DNA from: Octopus sinensis
Lineage: Eukaryota
Direction: 5' to 3'
NCBI RefSeq assembly: GCF_006345805.1
Contig: NC_043023.1
Span: forward strand, 14,880,001 to 14,944,000
Length of the DNA stretch: 64,000 nucleotides
The notes beneath the pieces were generated by a model. The model ran no database searches and had not been told where the DNA came from. It saw only the letters and a list, made by a program, of their open reading frames with translations. The translations under genes and the position numbers were made by a program. Positions 13,489 through 26,244 of this stretch are shown here, one piece after another. Every line of letters begins with the position of its first letter. The first letter of the stretch is position 1.

Positions 13489-14181
13489 TGTGTGTGTGTA
13501 TGGTAGAAGTTACAGAATGACTCAATGGCTGAAAAGTTCATGCATAGGCAGTGACCAGACTAGTTTCAAATCATGGCGTTTCTATATTTACACATTTCCA
13601 ACACACAGAATTCTCAGCCTTTCAGTCATGCTGTAACTTTTGCCAATTATCAATAAAAAAAGCCGAGTGTATATATCATCATCATCATCATTCACCATCT
13701 GTTTTCTATGCTGGCATCGGTTAGACAGTCTGTCTGGAACAGGTAAGTCAGAGAGTAGTATACCAGGCTCCAGCGAGATGCACTTTCTTACGCCAACCAC
13801 TCCAAAAGTGTAGTGGGTGCCTTTTATGCGTCACTGGCACGGGTGCCTTTTACAGGTCATCGGACCTGACCAGAATTACTATATCCCTTGGCTGTTTTGC
13901 ATCACCAAACCTAAATACAGGGTGTTTGTAAATTACCTTTACAATTTAAGAAATTCAGGAAAAAGAAATAAAAAAAAATAAGGATAACTCAGCAGGTTGC
14001 GTGCCACAAATGGAACCCATATACGAGTGGTCTGATGTTTCAAATTAACACTATTTGTTTGCCTATGTTTTCCAATTAACTCTGTTAAGGTATCCTTATT
14101 TTCAATTTTTTCCACAAATATTTTTTCAAATTGTAAAGATAATTTATGGACACTCTGTATGTGTGTGCATGTATGTGTGTG

Positions 14182-14219
<38 letters not shown>

Positions 14220-17200
14220 CACACACAGACATACACACGTGTATACATATCATCCTCATCATCTTTTATCATCAGTTCTCGAAACAGGAATTGGCCAGCT
14301 ATAGCACTGCATGGGCTCCATGTCTGCTTTGGCAAGATTTCTACGGTTGGATGCACTTCCTAACGCCAAATATATGTCTGTCTGTCTGTGTGCATGTAGT
14401 ATTTAGTTAGGTTTCTTTTCATTCACATTTTAAGGTCAAGGTGACCGTTCATCCATTCAGGGGTTGATGAAGTAAAAAACACACCAATCAAGTAACAGGA
14501 TCGACGACTTCAACTATCAGCCCACCCCAACATCCCACCATCAAATTTCAGGCCTTATGCCTACACCAGAAACATATATGTGTATATGGGTATGTATGTG
14601 AAATGATGTTTTAAATATTTTTATCGAGAGAAGCTAACAAAGTGACTCTAGGGTCAACAGTTTTGTGCATGCCTTGCACAAAACTATCAACAACTTTAGT
14701 CACTTTCTTAACTTTTGACAATTATATACACATACACACACACACACACACACAAATACAAATTGAGGGAGTGGAACAGGTAAAATGCAGCCTACATATG
14801 TTTCTTAGCCAGCAGATCCTCTAATGGAAGTTACACAACAAGGGTGGCTCAACTTAGATAATTTGAGCACCCCTCGTTGTACAAAGAGGTACAAACAGAA
14901 AAGCATTTTTCACAAAAGCAGCTTTATCTTCATCCTTCCAACCATAGCAATCACAAAAGTTCACTCGGCAAAACACACGCAACTAAGAATGGCTTCACAA
15001 TGTCAATCATTTTATACTTCTTCAATAGATATCTGTTACTGTATCTGCCTGACGTTCTCTACTTTGCTTTCGTTTGCACTCACCGTTGAGTTCAAAGTGT
15101 AAGTGTGCATGTGTATGGGTATGTATGTATCAATAAAATCAGTACCAATCACATATTGAGATCAATTTTAGCCAATTTAACTCTTTAGCATTCAGGTTAC
15201 ACTGTCAAATGTAAAACCCATTTTTGGGATCTTTTCAGTTTGACCGGCAGTTTTTAACATAATTTCTAGGTCACTAAAAAAATTTAAACTTCGTATACTG
15301 GTAGAATGTGTTTATAAAACATCTTTTTCTCTTGGCTTTATTGAGAAAATTCTATACTTTGTAAGATATTTGGGATCTTTTCGGTTTGAACGGCAGTTTT
15401 TAACATAATTTCTAGGTAACTAAAAAATTTTAAACTTCGTATACTGGTAGAATGTGTTTATAAAACATCTTTTTCTCTTGGCTTTATTGAGAAAATTCTA
15501 TACTTTGTAAGATATTTGGGATCTTTTCGGTTTGAACGGCAGTTTTTAACATAATTTCTAGGTAACTAAAAAATTTTAAACTTCGTATACTGGTAGAATG
15601 TTTATAAAACATTTTTTCTCTTGGCTTTATTGAGAAAATTCTATACTTTGTAAGATATTTGGGATCTTTTCGGTTTGAACGGCAGTTTTTAACATAATTT
15701 CTAGGTAACTAAAAAATTTTAAACTTCGTATACTGGTAGAATGTGTTTATAAAACATCTTTTTCTCTGGCTTTATTGAGAAAATTCTATACTTTGTAAGA
15801 TATTTGGGATCTTTTCAGTTTGAACGGCAGTTTTTAACATAATTTCTAGGTAACTAAAAAATTTTAAACTTCGTTATACTGGTAGAATGTGTTTATAAAA
15901 CATCTTTTTCTCTTGGCTTTATTGAGAAAATTCTATACTTTGTAAGATATTTGGATCTTTTCGGTTTGAACGGCAGTTTTTAACATAATTTCTAGGTAAC
16001 TAAAAAAATTTAAACTTCGTTATACTGGTAGAATGTGTTTATAAAACATCTTTTTCTCTTGGCTTTATGAGAAAATTCTATACTTTGTAAGATATTTGGG
16101 ATCTTTTCGGTTTGAACGGCAGTTTTTAACATAATTTCTAGGTAACTAAAAAATTTTAAACTTCGTATACTGGTAGAATGTGTATATAAAACACTCTTTT
16201 TCTCTTGGCTTTATTGAGAAAATTCTATACTTTGTAAGATATTTGGATCTTTTCAGTTTGAACGGCAGTTTTTAACATAATTTCTAGGTAACTAAAACAT
16301 TTTAAACTTCGTATACTGGTAAATGTGTTTATAATAACATCTTTTTCTCTTGGCTTTATTGAGAAAATTCTATACTTGTGTAAGATATTGGGATCTTTTC
16401 GGTTTGAACGGCAGTTTTTAACATAATTTCTAGGTAACTAAAAAAATTTAAACTTCGTATACTGGTAGAATGTGTTTATAAAACATCTTTTTCTCTTGGC
16501 TTTATTGAGAAAATTCTATACTTTGTAAGATATTTGGGATCTTTTCGGTTTGAACGGCAGTTTTTAACATAATTTCTAGGTCACTAAAAAAATTTAAACT
16601 TCGTATACTGGTAGAATGTGTTTATAAAACATCTTTTTCTCTTGGCTTTATTGAGAAAATTCTATAGTTTGTAAGATATTTGTTCTTTCTTTTCTTCAAT
16701 TTCTGCAATTTCAACCAATCAATGACGTCTATTGAGTTAAAAAGCATTCTGTGCCGTATGAATATGTCCCTCATTTAAGAAACAGATTGGGTTTATTTAA
16801 ATTTCTGAAGGAAAAAAGATACCCTTCCCCCCACCCCTAACCCTAAAACAGATTGAAATGCAATAGATCGATACTAGGGTCATAATTATGGGTGACAATT
16901 TCATATGTAATGCTCATCTATTCCAGTTTTTAATTAATTTTTAATTAATTATGCAGTATCTCAAAGCTTTGGGATTTTGATGACGATGATTGGATAATTT
17001 TAGAATGAGATTATAGGGTAGATGGCAGAGGGGAGGTCTGGCCAGGTTAAACATAGGACAGATAAAATATTTTGGCTGGATATGGAGGGTTTGAATGCTA
17101 AAAGGTTAATCGTTTGAATTGCATCTTTAATAACCTCTTCATGTTAAAATGATGCTGACAAAAAGCCAAAATAACTTTCAAAGCTGATCAAAATATATAT

Positions 17201-17229
17201 CCTTAGCCTTCAAATCTAAATATGTAAAG

Positions 17230-17275
<46 letters not shown>

Positions 17276-17648
17276 TACAATACAAATGAAATGACATTTT
17301 TTTCGAACGCAGAATTGCTGTTAGAAAAAATATCTGATATATATATTGTACAATACACTTTTGACACTTAAAATAAAAGTTACACAGTTAGTTTTACACA
17401 CACACACACACACACACAATTCAAATTCATTTGTGCATCTGAGTTTCAAGCGTGATGCAAATCTTCAGCCACTTTTGAATTTGACTCAAATTCAAAATGA
17501 CTGAAGATTAGCATAATGCTTGAAACTCTGAGTACCAATGAATTTGAATCAAACTCTTTTGATCCATGCATGTAACTCCAAACAAATGTGTTGAATGCCC
17601 TTCTTTCATTTATCCACTCACTGGTGTGTGTATGTGTGCTTGTGTGTG

Positions 17649-17696
<48 letters not shown>

Positions 17697-17804
17697 CATA
17701 TATATTCTTTTGAGTCGTTTGACTGCGGCCATGCACCACCTCATATTTAATATATATACATACATGTACATAGACAGTATATATATATATAATATTATAT
17801 ATAT

Positions 17805-17874
<70 letters not shown>

Positions 17875-18793
17875 TGTATGTATGTATACAAGGAGTGTAT
17901 GAAAAGTTTGAGCCTTGAAGTCTTGTACCTTCACCAGAAGTCTGTCCATGTTTTGCGTTTTTGAGACTCAAGACTTTTTATACACCCCTCATGTGTGTGT
18001 GTGTATATATATGTGTGTGTGTGTGTGATGTGTGGTATATATATGTTATATATAATGTGGTGGTGGGTGGTGGTGTGTGTGTGTGTGTGTGTGTATATAT
18101 ACATGTGTGTGTATCATATGAATGTATAATTTAATGTGTGTTGTGTGTGTGTGTGTTGTGTGTGATAAGAGTGCAGCACTACATCAATTAACACTAATCC
18201 GTAGCTGATTGAAAACGAATTAATCTAAATACTTTAAAAAAAAAAAAAAAAAAAAAAAGGAAACTAAAATAAAAATAAAATTGGGGCAGGTTAAAAAAAA
18301 AAAAAACAAAAACAAACAGCAACAATCAACAATGGGTTATAGCAGCATTCTTTTGCAGACGGATGCACATCCTGATGCTAAACCTTACCTCTTTTCAAAT
18401 TAAGGGATCTCGTATTCCACAAGGCTTCAAAGATACGAAGCGAGCGAGCAATTAAAGGACAGAAAACAAAGTACAAAGTGAATAAGGGAATGAACAACAT
18501 GGCTTTTCAGATAAGTACAGATGTAAACAAACAAACACATGTGCACATACATACACATAAATACATACATATATATACATACACATATATATACATACAC
18601 GTATATACATACATATACATCCACATATATATACATACACATATATATACATACATATATATATACATACATATATATATACATTACATATATATATACA
18701 TACATATATATATACATATATATATACAACATATATATATACATACATATATATATAACATACATATATATATACATACAATATATACATACA

Positions 18794-18833
<40 letters not shown>

Positions 18834-18885
18834 CATACATATATATATACATACATATATATATACATACATAATATACCATACA

Positions 18886-18955
<70 letters not shown>

Positions 18956-19397
18956 GATATAAATACATATATATACATACATATTATATATATATATACA
19001 TACATACATATAAATACATTACATATTATTACATACATATATATAATATACATACATATGTGGAAACATAAGTTTCCACATATACGTGGAAACTTGCTTT
19101 CAGGATTTTCATTTATATATATATTCACACACATATACGGGCATTTAGATCATAAACATATCCACTCCTTTTTCTTCTTCATCATGTGTATGCATATTTA
19201 AAACACACGTGTGTGTGTGTACATATATATATATATATACATACACAGGTGTATACATATTTAAAACACACGTGCGTGTATATATATATATATATATATA
19301 TTACACATACACACACACACATATATATATACATACACCACATATACAGATGTGTGTATGTATGTATGTATATATAATATATATTAAAATTATATAA

Positions 19398-19436
<39 letters not shown>

Positions 19437-19731
19437 ATATATATATATATACACAGGTATGTGTATAGACAATACAGCTGTATTAAATACCATACAATAT
19501 TATTTTCCTGATTAACTTAAATTATCTCCACTTGTACATGATGAAGGGAGATAATTGAAGAACCAAGAATACTCCAAGGTTGACATGACATTCAAGAAGA
19601 GGACATGTTTATCATAAAAGGACAGCTATGGACACAGGATTCTAGCACAGTTACATGTCATGAGTACAACAATCGTACTAACACATCCAAGAGCAAACGA
19701 AGAGAAATATATATATTTATTATTTTGTGAT

Positions 19732-19762
<31 letters not shown>

Positions 19763-20049
19763 CACCACACAGGTAGTGTGTGTGGTGTATAGACAAATAC
19801 AGCTGTATTAAATACCATACAATATTATTTTCCTGATTAACTTAAATTATCTCCACTTGTACATGATGAAGGGAATAATTGAAGAATCAGAATACTCCAA
19901 GGTTGACATGACATTCAAGAAGAGGACATGTTTATCATAAAAGGACAGCTATGGACACAGATTCTAGCACAGTTACATGTCATGAGTACAACACAGTACT
20001 AACACATCCAAGAGCAAACGAAGAGAAATATATATATTTATTATTTTGT

Positions 20050-20083
<34 letters not shown>

Positions 20084-23000
20084 ACAAATGTGCATGTATA
20101 TACAGGCATCTGTGTACACACATACATATAGATATGAATATATATATATATATATGTTTCTTTATTAGCCACACAGGGCTGCACACATATATAGATAGAT
20201 AGATAGTATATATCTGCATAAATATATATAGATAGATAGATATACATATTTATATACTCATATATACACACATATATATAGATATATCTTAATATATTCA
20301 TATATACACATTTACAAATATATAGACATACATACACGTATGTATGGATGTCTCTTTCTTTGTATGTGAGTATGTGTGTATGTATATATATATATATATC
20401 CATTTATAAACACACATCTATTCCCATACACCTAAATACATATATACACTTTCATGTATCTATACATATATAGGCATACTCCCTTACATATTCATGTGTA
20501 TGTTATGTACTTATATATATTCTACTCACATATATATATATATAAATATATATAACTAATAAATCTCTGAGCAAGGTATAAACAGTGACTGCACAACATT
20601 GTGAAGTATATTTGCCACTTAAATGTGGCTAACCCCTAAGGGTGGATGCTACCTGAGTCCGTTTGAACCATACAGGTTGAATATGGGAAGGATGGCTTCC
20701 CTTTGCAAATACTGATAGGGCACAGAAAGTGTGTCAATAGCCAGTTAGAGGAGGTGTCCTCCTGGGGCTACAAGCTACAGTACCATCCACCCTTAAGGGT
20801 TACCCACATTTAAGTGGCAAATATACTTTATATATATGCATACATACACAGAGACTTATATAAATTTGTAACACATATTCGGAACATAGGATCCTTAATT
20901 AATTGAGTTTTAAATATATGCACAGAAATTTTGTTCCAACATAAATTATTTCAATTAAATCATATTACTTCTCTGAAGATACTTTGTAATATCATAAAAC
21001 CAAAGCTCTTTCTTTCTACTCAAATTCCATCTTTTAAACACACAACATCCATATTCACAGACACTAATCTGCTAGAATGAGGCAAAGATGTCGCAAAAGA
21101 TAAAGCAATCCAAGTTAGAGTATGCCTTTAAGTTACACTGAATGGGATGTCATCAAGATTTTTAAGTGGGTATCTACACGTATGAAGGCATGAAGAAATG
21201 AATTCAGATTGCTTGTTTAACCCTTTAGTGTTCACATTATTCTGCCAAAATTAATCCTTTTTTATCCATATTGTTTTGAACTAATCATGCATTATCTGTA
21301 GCTATGAGATTTTGATGAGGTAGCTGTTAATTTTCAAATGATCTTGTAGGGTTTTGTGAGAGACCAGATCTGGCCATGCTGAACATAAAACAGGCAGAAT
21401 ACTTTTGGCTGGATATGGCCGGTTTAAATGCTAAAGGGTTAAGGATTGGTTCAGTATTCTAAAACCAGTAGCTTTTCTCTATTATACATAAGCTTCAACA
21501 AACGTTTAATTGTATATGTGAGGACTAGTTTCTGGAAGTCCTAGTTTGAGAAATATTTTAAGGCATTGAATACGCGGTAAAGAAGTTCGTGTGACATAGC
21601 ATGGTATTTGTAAAGGAGTGTCACAGTCATACAAGCAATGTTGGTCCTTTGCAACCCCTATAGAAATGTTATCTGTCCATGGGGGAATATTAACTTCTGA
21701 CAAAGTCAGAAAATCTATCGCAAAGAATTCTGTCCGATAAAAAACAAAATGTTAAAACAATGATAATGATGACAGCCATTTGATGACAGGAAATATATTT
21801 CTATCTAGCAAGGTGTTCTGCTAATATATTGCAGTGAGATGGCAGAAATGCTAGCATGCCAGACGAAATGCTTACTGGTACTTCATCTGTCTTTATGTTC
21901 TGAGTTCAAATTCCGCCATGGTAAACTTCACCTTTTTTCCTTTCAGGGATCAATAAATTAAGTACCAGTTGCATACTGGGGTCAATCTAATCGACTAGCC
22001 CCCTCCCCAAATTTCAGGCCTTGTGCCTAGAGTAGAAAAGAATTAACATGCTAGGCAAAATGCTTAGCAGTATTTTATCCAGCTTTGTTCCAAGTTCAAA
22101 TTCTGTTGAGGCTGAATTTGCCTTTCATCTTTTTGAAGTCAATAAAATAAGTACCAGTTAAGCACTGAGGTCGATATAATCAACTTACTCCATTCCATAA
22201 AATTGCTAGCCTTGTGTCAAAATTTGAAGCCAACACAATTCCAATTATTTGTACTATTCAAAATGTATATTTATGTTAGTCAAAACTGTCTTTAAATCTA
22301 TTTGCAGTTAACACAATTCAATTTCATTAGGGTTAAAACTAGATATAACAGGAGCTGCATGTACCACTGATCCTGGCAAGCAATTTCCATTCACTGGACA
22401 TATATTCAGGGAACACAGTTGCATTTTATTTGATTTACATTATTTTGGTTATAAACATTTTCACCAGCTTCATAAAAGTTATAGTATCTACAAAATTTGT
22501 CACCTTATATAAACATCACTATGCTTTAAAGTTTAAAGAAAATTATTGTTTTTTGTATTTACAGTAATAGCTATCAACCATTTTTTTATGTATCGACTCC
22601 TTTGATTACCATTTTCTTCTAGTAGAACCCCCCCCCCCGCCCCGCATAGCCATTCCATATTTAAAAACTAGTTTTTATTCAGAATTCCCTATTCTGTTTT
22701 TCACACATTCACTAGTGTAGGTTGAACTTCATAAAACAGAGTTAGAAAGCTAGCTGTTTCTAATTTCTTTACTGCCCAACAAGGACAGACAACGGGATTA
22801 AGTCGATTACATCAACTTCAGTGCGTAACTGGTACTTAATTTATCGACCCCAAAAGGATGAAAAGCAAAGTCGACCTCGGCAGAATTTGAACTCAGAACG
22901 TAACAGCAGACAAAATACTGCTAAGCATTTTGCCCGGTGTGCTAACGTCTCTACCAGCTCGCCACCTAGTTGTTTCTTGAAATAAATAAAACTAAAGAAT

Positions 23001-25432
23001 CATTTGATCAGGAGGTTAGTTGGTGAGAATTGATCTCACAATATTGAGCTTAGCATCTCTTGATTTACTCTCCAGCATATTTAACCTTTTAGCATTCAGA
23101 TGTATTGTATCAAGCATAATGCTTATTTATTCAAATTGACTTGAATTAATCCTGCACTATCTCTTTGCTTCTAAATTCCAGTGACGTGAGAGTATATTTT
23201 TAAAATGACATTTCACAATAGGCCTAAGAGGCTGAATTTGGTCAGTTTTAACGTAAAACATGTAGAATATTTGGACCTGATACGGCTGGTTTAAACGCTA
23301 AAGGTTTAAAAGAAAAACATTGCAAATTAATTTCTTTACACTCCCATATACGTAAATAACTAGTTAAAAATTCCCATGATATTCTATTCAGACAAACCTA
23401 AACCATACCATTTCACTAATTGTGGTGAAACCATTTGTTGTAGTGTGAGCAAAAGATAATCCAAATATTAAATACAAATTCTAGAGCCAAAAATTTTCTA
23501 TTGAGTTCTGCTTCATTTCTAAATTATCCTATCCTATTTCTAATATTTTAGCAAGGAAATTTTGTCAGTGAACAGGTCGCGGTCTCAAAACGACGAAAAT
23601 ATTTTGGAAAATTAAATTTAATTCTTGAAGTGAATCTAATGGGGTTTTGTGTGTTTCTTAAATGGCTTATAAACACCATCCATGCTGCAATTATTTTCAT
23701 TCTAGCACACGATCTCAGATCAGGTCACTTGTTATGCAAGTACATCTCTGTAATATATATATATAGCACGGAATTTTGTCAGTGAACACACTCTCCACTC
23801 ACTGCTTTTATTAGGCACACTTGTCACTGTGTGATAAGAAGCTTGCTTCCCAACCACATGGGTCTGGGTTCAGTCCCACTGTGTGGCACCTTGGGCAAGT
23901 GTCTTCTACTATAGCCTCAGGCTGACCAAAACCTTGTGAGTGGATTTGGTAGACGGAAACTGAAAGAAATCTGGTGTGTGTGTGTGTGTTTGTGCCTGCA
24001 TTTGTCCCCCCCCCACACACCTTCATTACTTGAAAAACGGTGTTGGTGTGTTTATATTCCTGTAACTTAGCAGCTCGCCAAAAAAGAAGCCAATAGAATA
24101 AGTACAAGGCTAAAGAAATATATCCTGGGGTCAATTTGTTCAACTAAAACCCTTCCAAACAGTGCTCCAGCATGGCTGCAGTCAAATGACCGAAACAAGT
24201 AAAAGAATGAAAGACTAAAGAATAGACATTCTGAATTAATTTCTTCATGCTCCCATACGATTGTAAGACTGTGGTTTCAATCCCTGGACTGGGCAATCCG
24301 TTGTGTTCTTGAGCAAAATACTTCACTTTGCTCCAATCCACTCAGCTGTAGAAATGATTACCACTAGTGGAGGCGTGTTGCTTAGTGGTTAGGGTGTTGG
24401 ATTCACAACCATAAAATTGTGGTTTCAATTCCTGGACAGGGCAATGTTATGTTTTTGAACAAAACACTTCATTTCACATTGCCCCAGTCCACTCGGCTGT
24501 AAATAAGTAACCCCTTGATGGACTGATAACCTGTAGCCTCATGCTTAGATTGTTGCGGTGACAAATGTATGACTGAGGTTTCGATCCTTGGACTGGTTGA
24601 TCTGTTGTGCTCTTGGGCAAAACCCTTCACCTCACGTTACTCCAGGCCACTCAGCTGGCAAAAATTAGTTTAGCCTGGAGAGGGACGGGCTCCACAAGGC
24701 TTTCTCACCTTAGATACGCTGCATGGCAGCAACACCCCACTGACACCAAAGGGGTTAAGGGACTTGCCAATGCTCCCACGAAGTATATATTTAATCCACA
24801 TTATTCCATCAGGAACATAGGGCTGGTTTGCTGGTTTCTCTGCCATATATATTCCTCCAGACAAGACGCTGGTCCAGTGCAGGATTACTTCCTGTTTACC
24901 ATCTGAGTGCACCAAAGCAATGAGAAATGAAGTGTTTTGCTCAAAAACACAACGCATCGCGCGGTCCAGGAATTGAAACGACGATCGCAAAATCATGACT
25001 CCAAAACCCCTAAACACGAAGCCATGCGCGTCCACTACATGTAAATAACTACTTAAAAATTCCAAAGACATTCCATTCGGATGAACTTTAGAGCATACGA
25101 ATCAGCATGCATGGTGAAACCATTTGTAATAGTGTGCACAAAAGATAATACAGCTGTCAAATATAAATTCTAGAGCCTAAAATGTTCAATGCAGTCCTGC
25201 TTTACTTAAATATTATTCTAATTCATTTCTCTATTATGTAAGTAAATATATATATACACATATATAAACACATTCATACATGCATACATATATATTTATA
25301 CATAAACACAGTCATACACGCACATATATATATATACATGCACACATATACATATAATAATGTATATTTCGATATATACATAGATTATATATATGTGTGT
25401 GTGTGTGTGTGTACATATGTGTGTATATATAT

Positions 25433-25480
<48 letters not shown>

Positions 25481-25591
25481 AGTGTATATATATATTATAT
25501 ATATATATATGCGTTTATATATATGTATATGTGTGTGTGTGTATATATACATAGATAGATATAGATATGTATATATACATAGATATAGATA

Positions 25592-25645
<54 letters not shown>

Positions 25646-25986
25646 CACACATACATACATACAGGTATGTATGTATACATACATAGATATGTATGTATGT
25701 ATACATAGATATCGATGTGTATGTATACATAGATATAGATATGTATATATACATAGATATAGATATATGTGTATACATAGATACAGATATGTATATATAC
25801 ATATAGATATGTATATTTGTATACATAAAAATAGATATGTATATATACATAAAAATAGATATGTATATATATATATAGATAGATATGTATATATATATAT
25901 ATATAGATATGTATATATATATATATATATATAGATAGATAGATATATATATATATAGATAGATATGTATATATATATATAGATAG

Positions 25987-26019
<33 letters not shown>

Positions 26020-26046
26020 ATATATATGCGTTTATATATATGTATA

Positions 26047-26092
<46 letters not shown>

Positions 26093-26146
26093 ATATATAT
26101 ATATATAATATATATATATATAAAGATATGTATATGTGTGTGTGTG

Positions 26147-26192
<46 letters not shown>

Positions 26193-26211
26193 CAGATATT
26201 TATATATAGAA

Positions 26212-26244
<33 letters not shown>

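Noticed and set aside
16835-16846. Telomeric CCCTAA repeat
   Set aside because: Only two units, inside a mobile-element tail.
17446-26185. Tyr/Ile/Cys/Val-rich ORFs
   Set aside because: (TA)n/(TG)n microsatellites lack stops by composition.
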